From Centroscyllium fabricii (Eukaryota): a DNA stretch of 64,000 bases. Below the pieces are notes generated by a model that did no database searches, had not been told where the DNA came from, and was given only the letters and a program-made list of their open reading frames with translations. A program made the translations under genes and the position numbers. This document shows, piece after piece, positions 11,552 through 25,717 of this stretch. Each line of letters starts with the position of its first letter. Position 1 is the first letter of the stretch. Where the stretch lies: assembly GCA_051313645.2 (NCBI GenBank), contig JBNRSN020000007.1:182094001-182158000 (forward strand), read 5' to 3'.

Positions 11552-12173
11552 CTGAACAACAAGATAGATTAAAGTTTAGCCATTCCTTCGCATCCTGATA
11601 TTCCTTGGAAAACTGAAATAGCGAAAATCTACTTCAATTTAAAAACAAACTTTTTACTTCAAATGGTTGCATAATAGCCAAAATAAAGCTGAAACATGGA
11701 AATATAAAAGAAAATAAAGGTTAACACACACTGGCAAGAACTGCAATTACAAATCATTCAGTACAAGCAGCACCAACATGGGATCATGAAATCTGATTTT
11801 TTTAAAATCAAACAAGATTCACACATCCCTCTGTACCAAGGATACATGAAGAGTACCCAAGTACTTTCAGGCTGCACTGAACAGGTCAGGATATATTTGG
11901 CAGCTTGTGGTACCACAGCACATGTTCAGACCAGGGCTAAAACTCAAGCATCTGGAGTTATGCATAATCAGCACAGGCCTTATCGGATTCCAAACCCAAG
12001 GATCACACAACTGGGCAATTTTTTTTAATTGAATGGTTCTGTAAAGTTGGCTTTGGAGTTAAACTGTCACATTTCCATCCTGCACCCACTGCAAGTCAAG
12101 CAGCATCCAGCAGGTACAAGGGTTAGAGGATGAAGCAAATTTCAGCCTATTCATTCACATAAATAAACACTTA

Positions 12174-12965
12174 GGGCAGGATTTTTATTGGGCCGTGGAG
12201 GCGGGATTAGAGGTGTGTGGGGGGTTAAAATCTCGAAATCGGGGGGGCACGAACCCATCCCGCCCCCACTCCATGCCAATTTCAAAGGAGGCGGATACCC
12301 GACCTGTACTGGGAGCCGCCTCCCCGAGGCGGGAAGGGGATTAGTGCTAATTAACTGCCTGTTAACAGGTAGTTAACAGGCAGTTGTTAGCCTAATCCCT
12401 ATTTTCATAGTTGAAGTGTGGGATTCCCGATGGCTCCAAACCAAGTTAGTGAGGTGGACCGTCGGGCTGAAGCACTGCGAGGGTTCAAGATGTCCAGTGT
12501 TCAGGTGAGTGATGGGTGCATGAGTGCAGAGGTAAGTGTGGTTGGTCTGTGTAAAGTGTTTAAATAAGTTTTACTTACATTTACAGCCTTCCTTCCTTCA
12601 GGTCTCGGGAGTCCCTCATCTCACCGGCACAGAAAGCAGAATGGCCGCGAGTTGTCAAAAGTCGCAGCATTCAGCTTTCTGTTCTGGGGAGATCTCTAAA
12701 TCAGCCTGAGAGGAAGGAATTAACTGAGTGTACAGATTGTCAGTGTTTGACGGCTTCAAAGAACTGTCAAACGCTGATATTTCATCTGTCAAAAGCTTTT
12801 GACAGATGAAATGTCAATCTGTGACGTCACCTGTTGCCGGGTGGGCTCAACAAGGTCAATCAAGGGAAAATCGCGTGGGTTTGCCGCAACTCGATGGAGG
12901 CGGGACTACAACCCCCAAAGTTGTAGTCTCGCCTCCTACACACCTCCAGTATGAAAATCCAGCCC
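12174..12965. mobile_element. Harbinger-like MITE
   Basis: TIR GGGCAGGATTTT / AAAATCCAGCCC, TTA on the left flank. Confidence 0.65.
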
Positions 12966-13589
12966 TTTGTATATTTTGATGGTCCACAGTTTCAATTTGT
13001 AAATGGTTCAATTTTTATCCCCCGAATACATTTGTGCCACTTGGATTCAAAAAGGGGCCCCAAGTCAGTTTAGTGACAAAGCCAGAGTCAGTTAATCACT
13101 CACATCTTAGAAGTAGTGCACTGTTATTCATTCTACCAACAATATGCCAAATCAGAATACATCATTGTTTTCATTATTGCTAGCAGAAAACCAAATTCTG
13201 CTAGTTTGTCAGGACCAAGCAGAATCTAGTTTCAAGTCCCCATCCAGCTGAAACCTGAGCCAGTTTCACCGGCAGCAGCAGACGAGACAGGCACACTAAT
13301 GTGTCTGTCATTCCTGCTACCTCCCGGACACAGAGTTTAGAGGTAGGAGCTACTGGTTTTAAGGGATGAATTGCCGAGTGATCCAAGCGCAACAATTTTT
13401 GTATTCCACACAAAAAATATATAATAAATGGCTAGATAGGAGAGGCAGCCACTGACAGGGAGCAGAACAAGCAATTACTCCCTTGTGTTCCTTGGAGAGA
13501 TTGTCTTTACCATACTCAGTGATGGGGAACTAATTCCCATAACCTCAGCTGATTCCTCAGTTGTCCGCATTTGCACTGAAGTTATGTAT

Positions 13590-13903
13590 AGAATCATAGA
13601 ATCCCTACAGTGCAGATAGAGGCCATTTCGGCCCATCGAGCCTGCCCTGACACATATCCCACCCTATCCCCGTAACCCCACATATTCAATCCCCCTAACA
13701 CTAAGGGTCAATTTATCCTGGCCAATCAACCTAACCCGCACATCTTTGGACTGTGGGAGGAAACCGGAGCACCCGGAGGAAACCCACGCAGACACGGGGA
13801 GAATGTGCAAACTCCACACAGATAGTACCCGAGGCTGGATTTGAACCCGGGTCTCCAGTGCTGTGAGGCAACAGTGCTAACCACTATGCCACCGCGCCGC
13901 CCC
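13590..13903 (-). mobile_element. HE1-like SINE
   Basis: tRNA-like head (GGTTCAAATCC), V-domain core TGTGTGGAGTTTGCACATTCTCCCCGTGTCTGCGTGGGTTTCCTCCGG, CR1-like ATTCTATG tail. Confidence 0.85.
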
Positions 13904-15299
13904 AGGGGAATTACAGACCGGTAAGCCTGACATCGGTAGTGGGGAAAATGCTAGAGTCCATTATAAAAGATGTAATAGCAGAGCACTTGGATCGGACAAA
14001 GTCAACATGGATTTACAAAAGGTAAATCATGGTTGACTAATCTGCTGGAGTTTTTTGAGGATGTAACTGGGGAAATAGATAAGGGAGAACCAGTAGATGT
14101 GGTGTATTTGGACTTTCAAAAGGCTTTCGATAAGGTCCCACATAAGAGATTAGCGTGTAAAGTGAAGGCACATGGGATTGGGGGCAAGGTATTGACTTGG
14201 ATAGAGAACAGGTTGGCGGACAGAAAGCAGAGAGTAGGAATAACGGGTCTTTTTCCAAGTGGCAGGCAGTGACTAGTGGGGTACCACAGGGATCGGTCCT
14301 TGGACCCCAGCTATTCACAATATATATTAATGATCTAGATAAGGGAACTAGATGCAATATCTCCAAGTTTGCAGACGACACAAAGCTGGGTGGGCGTGTG
14401 TGCTGCGAGGAGGATACTGAGAAACTCCAGGATGATTTGGACAGGTTGGGTGATTGGGCAGAAGCGTGGCAGATGCAATATAACATGGATAAATGCGAGG
14501 TTATCCACTTTGGTGTAAAAAACAGAAAGGCAGACTATTATCTGAATGGAAATAGATTGGGAGACGGGGAAGTGCAACGAGACCTGGGTGTTCTTGTGCA
14601 CCAGTCATTGAAGGTAGGCATGCAGGTGCAGCAGGCGGTGAAGAAGGCAAATGGTATGTTGGCCTTCGTAGTGAGAAGGTTTAAGTACAGGACTAAGGAT
14701 GTCCTGCTGCAGTTGTACAGGGCCTTGGTGAGACCACACCTTGAGTACTGTGTGCAGTTTTGGTCACCTTATCGGAGGAAGGATGTTCTTGCCATGGAAG
14801 GAGTTCAGCGAAGGTTCACAAGGCTGATACCTGGGATGGCAGGAATGATGTATGAGGAGAGATTGGGTCAATTGGGCTTATACTCGCTGGAGTTTAGAAG
14901 AATGAGAGGGGATCTCATTGAAACTTATAAAATTCTGACAGGTCTGGACAAACTAGATGCAGGAAGAATGTTCCCGATGGTCGGCAAGTCCAGAACCAGG
15001 GGGCACAGTCTAAGGATAAGGGGTAGGCCATTTAGGACGGAGATGAGGAAGAATTTCTTCACCCAGAGAGTGGTGAACCTGTGGAATTCTCTACCACAGA
15101 ATGTAGTTGAGGCCAAGTCATTAAATATATTCAAGAAGGAGTTAGATATATTTCTTAGAGCTACAGGTATCAAGGGATATAGGGAGAAGGCAGGTACGGG
15201 GTAGAGTTTGGATGATCAGCCATGATCTCATCGAATGGCGGAGCAGGGTCGAGGGGCCGAATGGTCTACTCCTGCCCCTATCTTCTATGTTTCTATGTT
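13904..15299 (+). mobile_element. 5'-truncated CR1 (HER1-like) LINE, RT and C-terminus
   Basis: LDFQKAFDKVPH, GVPQGSVLGP, FADD, RPHLEYCVQFWSP; frameshift ~14250; tail TTCTATGTTTCTATG. Confidence 0.93.
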
Positions 15300-15509
15300 G
15301 AACTTGGGAGCGGTGGTTGGTCTCTATGGGGAGAGAGGCTGTCTGTCTCGTACAATGACTTTGCATACAAATGGAAACGCTATAAAATGCATCACGTGCG
15401 CAATATTACAATAGGCACATATTGCAAATTTCACACAGAATCGCACAGTGTAGATGCCCAGGTATGGACTCTGTCCCACTCCAAAAAAAAACAGAGGTAT
15501 TGAAATTAC

Positions 15510-15678
15510 CTAGCTCTGCCTTCTGAGTAAGAATCTGAGTCAGCGTCCACCGTATCCCCCCGATGAAGGATGCGACCAACACCAGAATGAATCCCTTCAC
15601 GTTAAACTGGGTTGACTTGTACGTAAACATGAAGAGGCCTCCAGCTATTAACAAGATTACCACGATCAGCCATGGTCT
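15510..15678 (-). CDS. SLC35C2: SLC35C2 coding exon 5
   Basis: ttcAG|[56 protein letters not shown]|GTAAT; 169 nt. Confidence 0.95.
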
Positions 15679-15959
15679 CTGAACAAAAAACAGCAACACA
15701 GCCAACAGATTATTCAATAAATAACTGCAAACAACCAAATATATCTTCATTCACCAAGGTAGGCAGGCAATAAATCAAATCTTTCTGGTGAAAGGTTCCC
15801 ACCCAAAACATCACCTTCGGACACCAGCTGATCAGTTTGTCCGTGCCCGGGTGGCCCTGGAGAGGAAGAGTTTGGTGTCTGCCGGTGCTCGAGTCCTTTC
15901 GTGACCAGTGGGCACCTCAACGACTGGTGTATATAGTAGGAACCAGGAATAATATTACA

Positions 15960-16148
15960 CAGGTCCGACACCGTTAATCCGGACACCGTTAATCAGGAAA
16001 CTTCAGTCGTCCGGCACGAATCCGGGCCTCTCCCTGACTGGTCTGTGCAGCGGCCATTTTGAATGGTCTGCGCATGCACGTGCCGCAGCTTCAGTCGTTC
16101 GGAATTTTCACTGGTCCAGACGGTGCCAGATTAACGGTGTCAGACCTG
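15960..16148. mobile_element. Tigger-like MITE
   Basis: TIR CAGGTCCGACACCGTTAATC / GATTAACGGTGTCAGACCTG followed by TA. Confidence 0.75.
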
Positions 16149-17631
16149 TAATTTAGTTTTATAAGTTTTCCTTTGTCTTGTTCAAAGTTATTATTGAGAA
16201 AAAAGATCTGCATCTTTCCAGCACTTTTTGTTTGGATTTCAGGTTTCTCGAATTTGCTTACTAGATCAAATATTCATGAAACTGAAATTAAGGAAGGAAA
16301 ATAATACCAAGCAACATTGAACCAAATATGCCTGGTGGGCAAGCAACATTATTTTTAAAAACTGCCCAAGAAACCTTCCCCCTTGGTATAATCCAGATGA
16401 CCTCTTTTTATGAATGTCATAAACGGTGTCTGTGAAATAGCCAGGTCCGCTGGCACAGCAATCTCCGAGGTCATTCAGCAGTGCAGTCTCCACCTGCTGC
16501 ATCGGCCAGTTAATGGCAGTTATACCCCACAGTACGACAGCACAGCCAGAGCTGCTGCTCTGATTCCATGGCAGTCTGTTCAGAGTTATTGCCCGTCATG
16601 TGGGACCCCACATGATTGCTGTGATTATCTCTCTGCCGAGGTGTGATAAAGGCCAGTTGGAAAGATTACCTGTAATCATCTAGCATTGTTCTCTGACTAT
16701 ATATGCTGTGCCTATATGCATCTCTTCACTTCACCCGACGAAGGAGCAGCGCTCCGAAAGCTTGTGATTTCAAATAAAACTGTTGGACTATAACCTGGTG
16801 TTGTGTGCAAAGTTAGGGGGGGATAGGAGAATGACTGACTAATGACTTCTGGGCTAGGGAGGAGGGTAAATAAAAGCATCAGAGTTCCCACTTCTGATTG
16901 CTATCACGTGACTCCTGCTAGAATGTATTGGGTCTGGTCATCGAGTCAGGAAACGATCAGCCCAATTACGACGCCCTTCATGGTAGAAGAGTATGCCAAC
17001 CCCCTCACCCATGAAAAACAGCGACCTGGCAACGTGCTAGAGGGCTTTCAGCACCCATGGAACCATATGCAGCACTTCAAGGACAGAAGGGGAGAAAGAA
17101 TAATGAAGCCCACATATACAGTGCTTCACTTCCACAATGTCTGTAGGCCACCCTTACTCTTCCACTCAAATCCACATCAACTAGTATCCCCTTGCACATA
17201 AACCACACTTCCAAAACCCTCAATCACATCATCAACAAGGTCATTCACCCCGAAACTCCATCCTCTCCCTCTAGGTCGCAACGTATTTCTCCCCTGCCCC
17301 CATCAATACTATGTGCATCCTCTTCCCTAATTCATCACAGTGTTTAAATCTAGACCATGTCCGACTCTAGCTCATTCTTTCCAAAGATCTCAGAACTGTG
17401 GAACTCTCCACCTCCGAGTCAGTCATCGCTTCCTGCAAGCTTTTAAAACCCAAGGTCTCACCACTACTTCCCGATTTACTTCATCAGGGCTGTTCGGCCT
17501 AGGTAGTCCTGCACAATGGCCTCAGTTTCTCAACTAAAGAGTAACCAACCCACGGATACCTTCTTAGCACATTTGCATTAAGGTTGGTTTCAGTGCTGGT
17601 TTGAACTGGCCACTGAAGCTGCAATGCTTAC

Positions 17632-17704
17632 CAATTTCTCTAGTTTGAATAGGACTGAAAAGAATAAAATAAATAAGACGGCAGTTGATTTTGTCATAGT
17701 GTAC
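17632..17704 (-). CDS. SLC35C2: SLC35C2 coding exon 4
   Basis: ttcAG|YTMTKSTAVLFILFFSVLFKLEKL|GTAAG; 73 nt. Confidence 0.93.
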
Positions 17705-19022
17705 CTGAAATAAAGAGAGAGCCACAATTAGAACAAACGTAAGGAAGCATCGCAACTCAGTTATCAGCAATCAGAATCAGTGCAAGGAAGCATCTCAAAC
17801 ATGTTTTCAGCTGAGAAATTTGTCATCCTTGAAAATGTGGAGACAACAAGGTTCTGGTGAGGTACTGGGACCATATAGATCAGGACGGTTCCAGGTTCAA
17901 TCCTTGGTTTCTGCTACTTATTGCCTGAACTACGTGAGCCATCAGGGAATGTATGTGTCCTTTTGGAGGAAGACCCAGTCTCTATGAGTGGGAGGGACTC
18001 CTCTGAACACTCCATGGAAGACACTAATGCAGAGGTAACTAGGGATGAATTGGAAAACACAAAGGAAGTCCAACATACCAGGTTCAGTACTGGAACTAAT
18101 GAAAATTTGGTTCGTTGTTTGAAACACTTTGCTAAAGGATTTGTGGTTTAGCCAGATAACAGCGATAGGGATGTTCTGCTGCATATTATGGTCTCAGAGG
18201 GTCCTGATTCAGAAATGGCTAGATATAGCAAGACATCAGACCATAACAACAATAACTTGCATTTATGTAGCATCTTTAATGCAGTAAAATATTCCAAAGC
18301 ACTTCACAGGAGCGTAATCAAACTCTGAGCCAAAGAAGGAGACAGCTTGGTCAAAGAGGTAGGTTTTAAGGAGTGTCTTAAAGGAGAAGAAAGAGGTGGA
18401 GAGGTTTAGGGTGAGAATTCTGGAACTTAGGGCCTAGACAGCTAAAGGCACAGTTAGAGATAGTTATCAGTAGTGGTTAGATCATAAAGATGCAAAAAGG
18501 TACCAACAAACCAAGTTATTAAAAGCCCAGCCACATTCCTCCTCCCGTGTGGAGAGGACATGCAGTTAGGTTGAATTGGAGATATTTAAAAAAAAATGCC
18601 CATGAGTATGTGTGTGAGATATAGTTCTTGGAGTTGGGGGTGTCGGGGGATATGGGGAGAGGGTAGGAGGAGGCTGGGTTTGGATGATCAGCCATGATCT
18701 CATCAAAATGGCGGAGCAGGCTCGCAGGGCCTAATGGCCTACTCCTGCTCCTATCTTCTGTGTCTGTGTGTTTGTGTGTGTGGAAAAATAACTCGGGACT
18801 AAAGAATGGTCAACATTGGATGGTTTTTAATGAGAGCCATCAGAGTCTCATAAGTTAGAAATTTTTAGTTGAAAAACACTAACCTTATAACTAAACGCTT
18901 ATAAAAAATCCTTGAACAAAAGCAGTTGATTGAGAACAGTTATTCAAAAGGTCAAAGCATGTCAATAGTTACATAGAATCTCTACGTCACGACCGGTCCC
19001 AGTAAAAGGATGCGTGACTTAC

Positions 19023-19086
19023 AGCGAGACTGTGATAAACAGGAAGCTCCAATTAGACAGTCCGATGTCCAAGGCAGTCGCCAGGG
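19023..19086 (-). CDS. SLC35C2: SLC35C2 coding exon 3
   Basis: ttgcAG|(A)LATALDIGLSNWSFLFITVS(L)|GTAAG; 64 nt; not in the ORF track. Confidence 0.93.
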
Positions 19087-19316
19087 CTGCAATAGCAAAG
19101 TTACAAAAAAGGATTTAGTAGGAAAAGTTAGCACATTGAAGTTAATCACTAGTTGATCTCCATGATGTTGCTAATGGATGAAAACATTGTGTCTCTACCT
19201 GTATTATTTATCGGCTTCCCACTCGAATCCTTTCTGTGCCCCTTTATGTCTTTCTTTTCATCTGCTTGCTTTTCCTACATCTTTTTATCTGTCATTTTCT
19301 AGCACTCTTTCGACAT

Positions 19317-20618
19317 TGCCCAGAAATTAGGATCGGAGGCTTGCTGCGAGTGCAAGCCTCCAAAGTTCACTTGGGGAGCGCACCTGCCGTTCTCAATTTC
19401 CCACACTTGAACTCCCGATCCAGAGGCCTTCTGAAACTCCCCCACGCCGCGCTGGGGCTACTGAACGGTGGAGTTAGTGCGAGGCTTTCCGCGGGATCAC
19501 GTGGTCCGCGGGGAGCCAATCAGAGCAAAGAATGCTCCATTCATAAGTTTGACAGAAAGATCTGTCAAACTTACAAAATACAGGTTGAAGTTCATTAATC
19601 CGGCAGGGTCGGGACCAGCACCCTGCCGGATTGTTGAAAACGGCGAATTATTGAAGTCACGGCATGCGCAGAACATTCAAAATGGCCGACGCAAAATTTT
19701 CAATGCTCTGCGCATGCGCTCGCCAGTACCTGGCAGTTAAGGGTCGGGTGGAACTCGCACTCGATTCTGCTGCGGGTCAAGCCCGGCTCACGTGACGCCA
19801 TCGCACGCCAGCTTCGGAATGCGGTGATGTCATCACACAGCCAGGCAGGGGCCTCCAGCAGCGATGGGCACCGAGCATTGCCTGTACCGTGTCCTGCGAA
19901 AGGCGGCTGGCACAACAGCTCACCTTCTGGGCCTGGGATTCACCATCGGGGTGGTCACTAAGCCGGGATCCAGTGAGTATATGTTAGGTGAAAGTGAAGC
20001 CCAGCCCCGACGGTGGCCATTGTGAATTGTCTGCGCATGCGCCGGGCAGTCGGGAAAATCTGACGACTGAAGTTGCCGGTTTTTCGGGTGCCGGATTAAT
20101 GAACTTCAACCTGTGCTAGTGCGCCAAAACCACACTGAACCTTAAAATAAAATTTTTAAAACCATCACATTTTTTTAAATTACTATCAATAACATAAATT
20201 AGCTATTTTAAACAAAAAATAAAAATTTAGAAAAAATATTTAAAGTTTTTAAACGGGCCTAAAAATCAACTCACCTGTCTTTAAAGTTTAAAAAAATGAA
20301 AAACTTGTGGAAACAAATGCTTAAATTGAATAAAATAAAGACTTACCTGATGAAATCCACTCCTTGCGCTTGAAAAAAGGAGCCGTAAATATTTAAATAC
20401 CTACCCTGATATAAACCTGTACAAAAAAAATCGCAAGTTCACTGCGCAGCTCGTGCTGCGCAGGCCAACGCGCTGAAGCTCCTGACCCCTCCAGGACTTG
20501 CATCGGAAGTGCTGGTTCTGCGCGCATGCGCGGTGTACGCCTGCAACCAGCACTTCGGATGGCCGCACACGCAAGTACCCCGTCCGTACTCGCGCATTGC
20601 GGCCCTAATTTCTGGGCC
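19317..20618. mobile_element. Harbinger-like non-autonomous element (same family), hosting a Tigger-like MITE
   Basis: Ends GCCCAGAAATTAG / CTAATTTCTGGGCC; internal similarity to the 4232-11248 halves in opposite orientation. Confidence 0.7.
19581..20113. mobile_element. Tc1/mariner (Tigger-like) MITE
   Basis: TIR CAGGTTGAAGTTCATTAATCCGGCA / TGCCGGATTAATGAACTTCAACCTG, TA on the left flank. Confidence 0.8.
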
Positions 20619-20937
20619 AATGTTTCTCCTTCCCTCTTGTGGCCTCTCGTTTCCCAATGTCACTGTAAAGCTCTCACACAGCTGTGTTTACCAATATTCA
20701 ATTGTACATTGCTTTCAGTTTCCCTTCTCGTGTCTGATCGGGTATCTACTAAAACTCGCTTCCACACCACATCATCTTCCTCAGCAACCGTCTCCGATTC
20801 CAACTTATTCCACGTGGATTCCAACTGAATTTCCATCCTCCATGTTTCGGATCCACCTATGATTACAGTTCCTAGAACCACTGCTCTCACCGCTTCCCGA
20901 GATCCACACTCAACGTCACAACGACACATGCACACTC

Positions 20938-21298
20938 ATAGAAACACAGAAACATAGAAACTAGGAGCAGGATCATGGCTGATCATCCAAACCCAGCACC
21001 CCTCCCCTGCCCTCTCCCCATATCCCTCGATCCCTATCGAGCCTCCATCGACACATATCCCCACCCTATCCCCGTAACCCCACATATTCAATCCCCCTAA
21101 CACTAAGGGTCAATTTATCATGGCCAATCAACCTAACCCGCACATCTTTGGACTGTGGGAGGAAACCGGAGCACCCGGAGGAAACCCACGCAGACACGGG
21201 GAGAATGTGCAAACTCCACACAGATAGTCACCCGAGGCTGGATTTGAACCCGGGTCTCCAGTGCTGTGAGACAACAGTGCTAACCACTGTGCCACCAC
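20938..21298 (-). mobile_element. HE1-like SINE
   Basis: Same V-domain core and CR1-like tail as 13590-13903. Confidence 0.85.
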
Positions 21299-21504
21299 CT
21301 CTTCAGCAGCACCAATTCACTAGCTCAGAGCTGTCCTGGTCCACAGTTCAATTTCATCTGCGTGGAGTTTGCATGTGCTCCCCGTGTTCGTGTGGGTTTC
21401 CTCCGGGTACTCCGGTTTCCTCCCACCACCCAAAGACATGCAGGTTAGGTGAATTGGAGATACTAAAAATTGCCCATGAGTATGTGTGTGAGATATAGTT
21501 CTTA

Positions 21505-21860
21505 GCTACCGTCAATGGAAAGCATCTACCTCAAACGCTGCCTATGGAGGTCTCTGAACATTATTGAAGACTCCACACACCCCAGCCACAGTCTGTTCGC
21601 CCCCCTGCCCTCCGGGAGACGCTACAGATCAATTCGCACCCGCACGACTAGATTTAAGAACAGCTTCTTCCCCAGGGCTGTCAGCCTCCTGAACTCTAAA
21701 AATAAACTCCGGTACCTGCACACCTGAAAATGTACTTTACTGTATGCAATTTGCATGTAATTTATTTGCACTACTCTCGGGAGCGTCGAGTCTTCGTCTC
21801 GTTGTATTGTACTAGTACTCTGCAATGACAATAAAACTTGAATTGATTGATTGAATTGAT
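21505..21860 (+). mobile_element. Rex1/Babar-like LINE 3' end inserted in a SINE
   Basis: HPSHSLFAPLPSGRRYRSIRTRTTRFKNSFFPRAVSLLN, AATAAA and (TTGA)n tail; SINE resumes at ~21861. Confidence 0.8.
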
Positions 21861-22049
21861 AGAGTTGGGGGTGTTGGGGGATATGGGGAGAGGGTAGGAG
21901 GGGGTTGCTGGGTTCGGATGATCAGCCATGATCTCATCAAAATGGCAGAGCAGGCTCGAAGGGCCGAACAGCCTACTCCTGCTCCTATCTTCTGTGTTTC
22001 TGTATCCTTCGCCTCATCTGGCGCTTTAACAAAAAACTTTTTTTCATCC

Positions 22050-23690
22050 TTTCAGGTGTCAAGGACTGCAAGTTCAACAACTCTTCGATACCAACGCCCC
22101 TCCGTATTCTGCTTCCCGCTGACCCATCGCGTCTTCCAATCTCCCCTTTTGCCCTGCTTTCACTATCCACTCTGACCTTCCCCTCTCTGACCCTGAATGA
22201 TCAGTCCTCAGCAAAGGCCTCAGCTTCATTCCCTTACTCCTCCTAACTAAAAGAATTTCGAGCTCGAAAGATGCTGAACTCTTCTTCCATCATTTTCTCC
22301 TCCACGCCCACGTCTTTGGCCAGGAGTCTACCCCCACACTACCCCCCTTTCTCCAGTCTTCAGCATTCTGTTCCACCTGGGCACCCCCCTCTGGCCTCTT
22401 GCCTTCTCATTGGGCACTGCCGGCACAACATCGCCTGTCTCAACTTCTCTGCTCCCCTCACTCACTCCAACCTACTACTGAACTTGCAGGACTCCGTAGT
22501 CCAATCCCGACATTGGCATTAAACCTGTTGTTTGGGGAACAGGCTTCTAGCTTGCAGAGGCTAAACGCCAACTCTTCAACACCTCCTCCTACCTCCCCCT
22601 GAACCACGACCCCACCACTGAACATCAAGCCATTGTTTCCCAAACTATCACTGGTCTCATATTCTGGAGATCTTCCCTCCAAGGCCTCCAAATACAAGTC
22701 CACCAACCTTGCACAGCCCGCTTCTACCTCCTTCCCAAGCTTGACTCTATTGTTTCTCATATTGTCCAGTCTCTAACAACCTACATCCACGACTTTTCTG
22801 ACATCCTCTACAACTTTAACAGTTTCCAGTTTCCTGGTCCTAACCATCTCCTTTTCACCATGGATGTTCAATCCCTCTATACCTCCATCCCCAAAAGGAC
22901 AGCCTACAGGACCTCTGCTTCTTCCTTGAACGGAGGCCCAACCAGTCCCCATCCACCACCATGCTCTTCCACCTGGCTGAACTTGTTCGCACATTGAACA
23001 ACTTCTCCTTTGACGCCACTCACTTCCTCAAAATAAAAGGTGTTGCTGTGGGAATCCATAAGGGGCCAAGCTAGGCCTGCCTTTTCCATCTCTTCCCTTC
23101 CTCGACTTCTCCCGCTCCATTTTTGGGAACAGTCGGTCAACCAATATCTACTGTAAGCCCATTGACTCCCACAGCTACCTAGTTTGCACCTCCTCCCACC
23201 ACACTTCCTGTAAGGACTCTATTTGTTCTCTCAGTTTCTCGGTCTTGCTGTTCTGACAATGTCATCTTCCAATAGGTCTTACTTTTTCCCTCAACCAAGG
23301 ATTTCCCTCCAACGTGTTCGCCTCATTTTCCACACTTCTGTCTCACCCCTTCCCCTCCCTCCTAGAACTACGATAGGGTTCCCCTTGTCCTCACCTTACA
23401 CCCACCAGCCTCCACATTGAACGGATCATCCTCCACCATTTCCAGTACTATGCCACCACCAAACACATCTTCCCCTCCCCTTTCAGCATTCCAAAGAGAC
23501 CGTTCCATCCGTAACATCCTCATCCACTCTTCAATCACCCCTCAACACCTTCTCCCCTTCCCACGGCACCTTCCCATGCAAGCGCAGGAGATGCAACAGC
23601 CAACACCTGCCCTTTCACCTCCTCCGTTCCCACCATCCAGGGGCTGCAAAGGTGAGAAACAGCGATTTACTGATACTTCTTTCAATTTAG
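22050..23690 (+). mobile_element. Degraded Penelope-like element (RT remnants)
   Basis: Fragments read LSKGLSF, TMDVQSLYTSIP, KGVAVG, YCKPIDSHSYL across many frameshifts. Confidence 0.75.
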
Positions 23691-24017
23691 TACAGGTTGG
23701 GCACCTTCAGTGGTCCGGCATGAATCCCACTGGCCGGCCCACGTGATCCCAGGGACGCTCGCGAACCGTGGGCCTCTCCCCGCGATACGAGACACACACA
23801 CACACAAGCACGTTCGGTGCTACTTTCTAGATGCGTCAGTGTGATCAACGGTCAGCAATAGAACGACAGTCTACCTGCTGAAAGCAGTCCCTGCAGCCTG
23901 GGATTTAGGCCCCACGCATGACTTTGGGGAGCAGACTCCCAACCTGTAAAAATTTCACAGATTGTCAGTGCCTGATGTGTGAGAGAGAGAGATGATCAGA
24001 GTAGGGAATGAAGTTAC

Positions 24018-24168
24018 CTGTGGCAGAAATCCTCTTCAGATACAGTTTCCACGACAGACAGATGCGTGACTTGCCAGTATACCACGAGGTGAGTGTTCGG
24101 CTTACTCCGGAAAACACAAAGATCATCACAAGGTGAACCAAAGTCATGAAGATAGGGTATTGAAAATG
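24018..24168 (-). CDS. SLC35C2: SLC35C2 coding exon 2
   Basis: ttcttAG|HFQYPIFMTLVHLVMIFVFSGVSR...LSWKLYLKRISAT|GTAAC; 151 nt, phases fit neighbouring exons. Confidence 0.92.
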
Positions 24169-25341
24169 CTAAGAAATGGGGGGGGGGGGGGGGGGAGGGG
24201 GATGGGGGAAATATATTGGTTAGCAATCGTAAAAATAAAATTATAACTGTCTGGTGCTGTCAGTAGAATTTTGGATGAGAGGCTGTTTTATAATGAGAGG
24301 AATGTAATACCATGTACTGTACAGTGTTTTATGTAAATATATATACACCTGTATTTAATCAGTTCATACAGTCAAACTGTGTCCCTTTAACGTCACAAAG
24401 TCTAACTACTGTCACGAAAACACACGGTGAGGTCAGAATCCAGAATGAAATACCGAGCTTACTTTCAATTTTTGATTTAAAAAGTATATTTGCTATGGTC
24501 AGAGGCTGAAGGAATTACAAACTGTGACAAGAAGGTACTTGCTGTTGCTGGGAGAGTTTTGTGTGCATTGCAAGCGAGCACCACTTCCTTTTTGAAGCAT
24601 GCCAGACATTTGCATGTAAATAGGTGTGAGGAACAAGGGGGGGGGGGGGGAAGAGCTGATATCTGCACATGCACTTTCCACACTGAGTCAGCAAACAGCA
24701 TCTCGGAGCTCATCAACAGCGATCCGCAAAACCAAATTAATGTACAACCTCCCACCCAAGTCCATACAGAGGACTTCAACCTCTACTTTAGAGGAGAAAA
24801 AAAAGAAGAAAAACAGCAAGATTGAGGGGCCTCTCGCAGCTCTCTCTACCTGTTAGCTTGACTCAGTTGGGAGCCAATCGGAAGCCGTAATTCTGGCCGA
24901 TTTCCCTTCCCTAGCCCATGGACCTTGAAGCCAATTGTATGTAGCATCATTACTGCTGCTCCGACTGAGATCAGCCCACTCAGCACAGACTACAAACTGA
25001 ACCCTGGACCTTCTCGTCTGCGTGGTTTCGTTCTACACCAGCACGAACAACAGATATCAGCAAATGCAAGAAGTCACACAACACTAGGTTATAGTCCAGG
25101 CTGCAGCGCTCCGAAAGCTTGTGATTTCAAATAAAACTGTTGGACTATAACCTGGTGTTGTGTGACTTCTTACATTTGTCCACCCCAGTCCAACACCGGC
25201 ACCTCCACATCACAGATATCAAGGTAGCAATTCTGCCTCTTCATTGCATCAAACCACTCAGGAGATTCTTGTACAATTAAGCAAACTAACAAATAACAAA
25301 TCCATCCGAGATAAATCCTTAGTACAAACATTCAGAATCTA

Positions 25342-25717
25342 AGCACTGTTGCCTTACAGCACTAGAGACCCGGGTTCAAATCCAGCCTCGGGTACTATCT
25401 GTGTGGAGTTTGCACATTCTCCCCGTGTCTGCGTGGGTTTCCTCCGGGTACTCCGGTTTCCTCCCACAGTCCAAAGATGTGCGGGTTAGGTTGATTGGCC
25501 ATGATAAATTGACCCTTGGTGTTAGGGGGATTAAATATGTGGGGTTATGGGGATAGGGTGGGATATGTGTCGGTGCAGGCTCGATAGGGATCGAGGGATA
25601 TGGGGACAAGGCAGGGACAGGGTACTGGGTTTGGATGATCAGCCATGATCTCATTGAATGGCCGAGCAGGCTCGAAGGGCCGAATGGCCTACTCCTGCTC
25701 CTATCTTCTATGTTTCT
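25342..25717 (+). mobile_element. HE1-like SINE
   Basis: B-box GGTTCAAATCC, V-domain core, CR1-like tail. Confidence 0.85.

Noticed and set aside
24477-24856. Overlapping ORFs and a pyrimidine-rich acceptor in intron 1
   Set aside because: No recognisable protein similarity or matching donor; exons 1 and 2 already join in frame.
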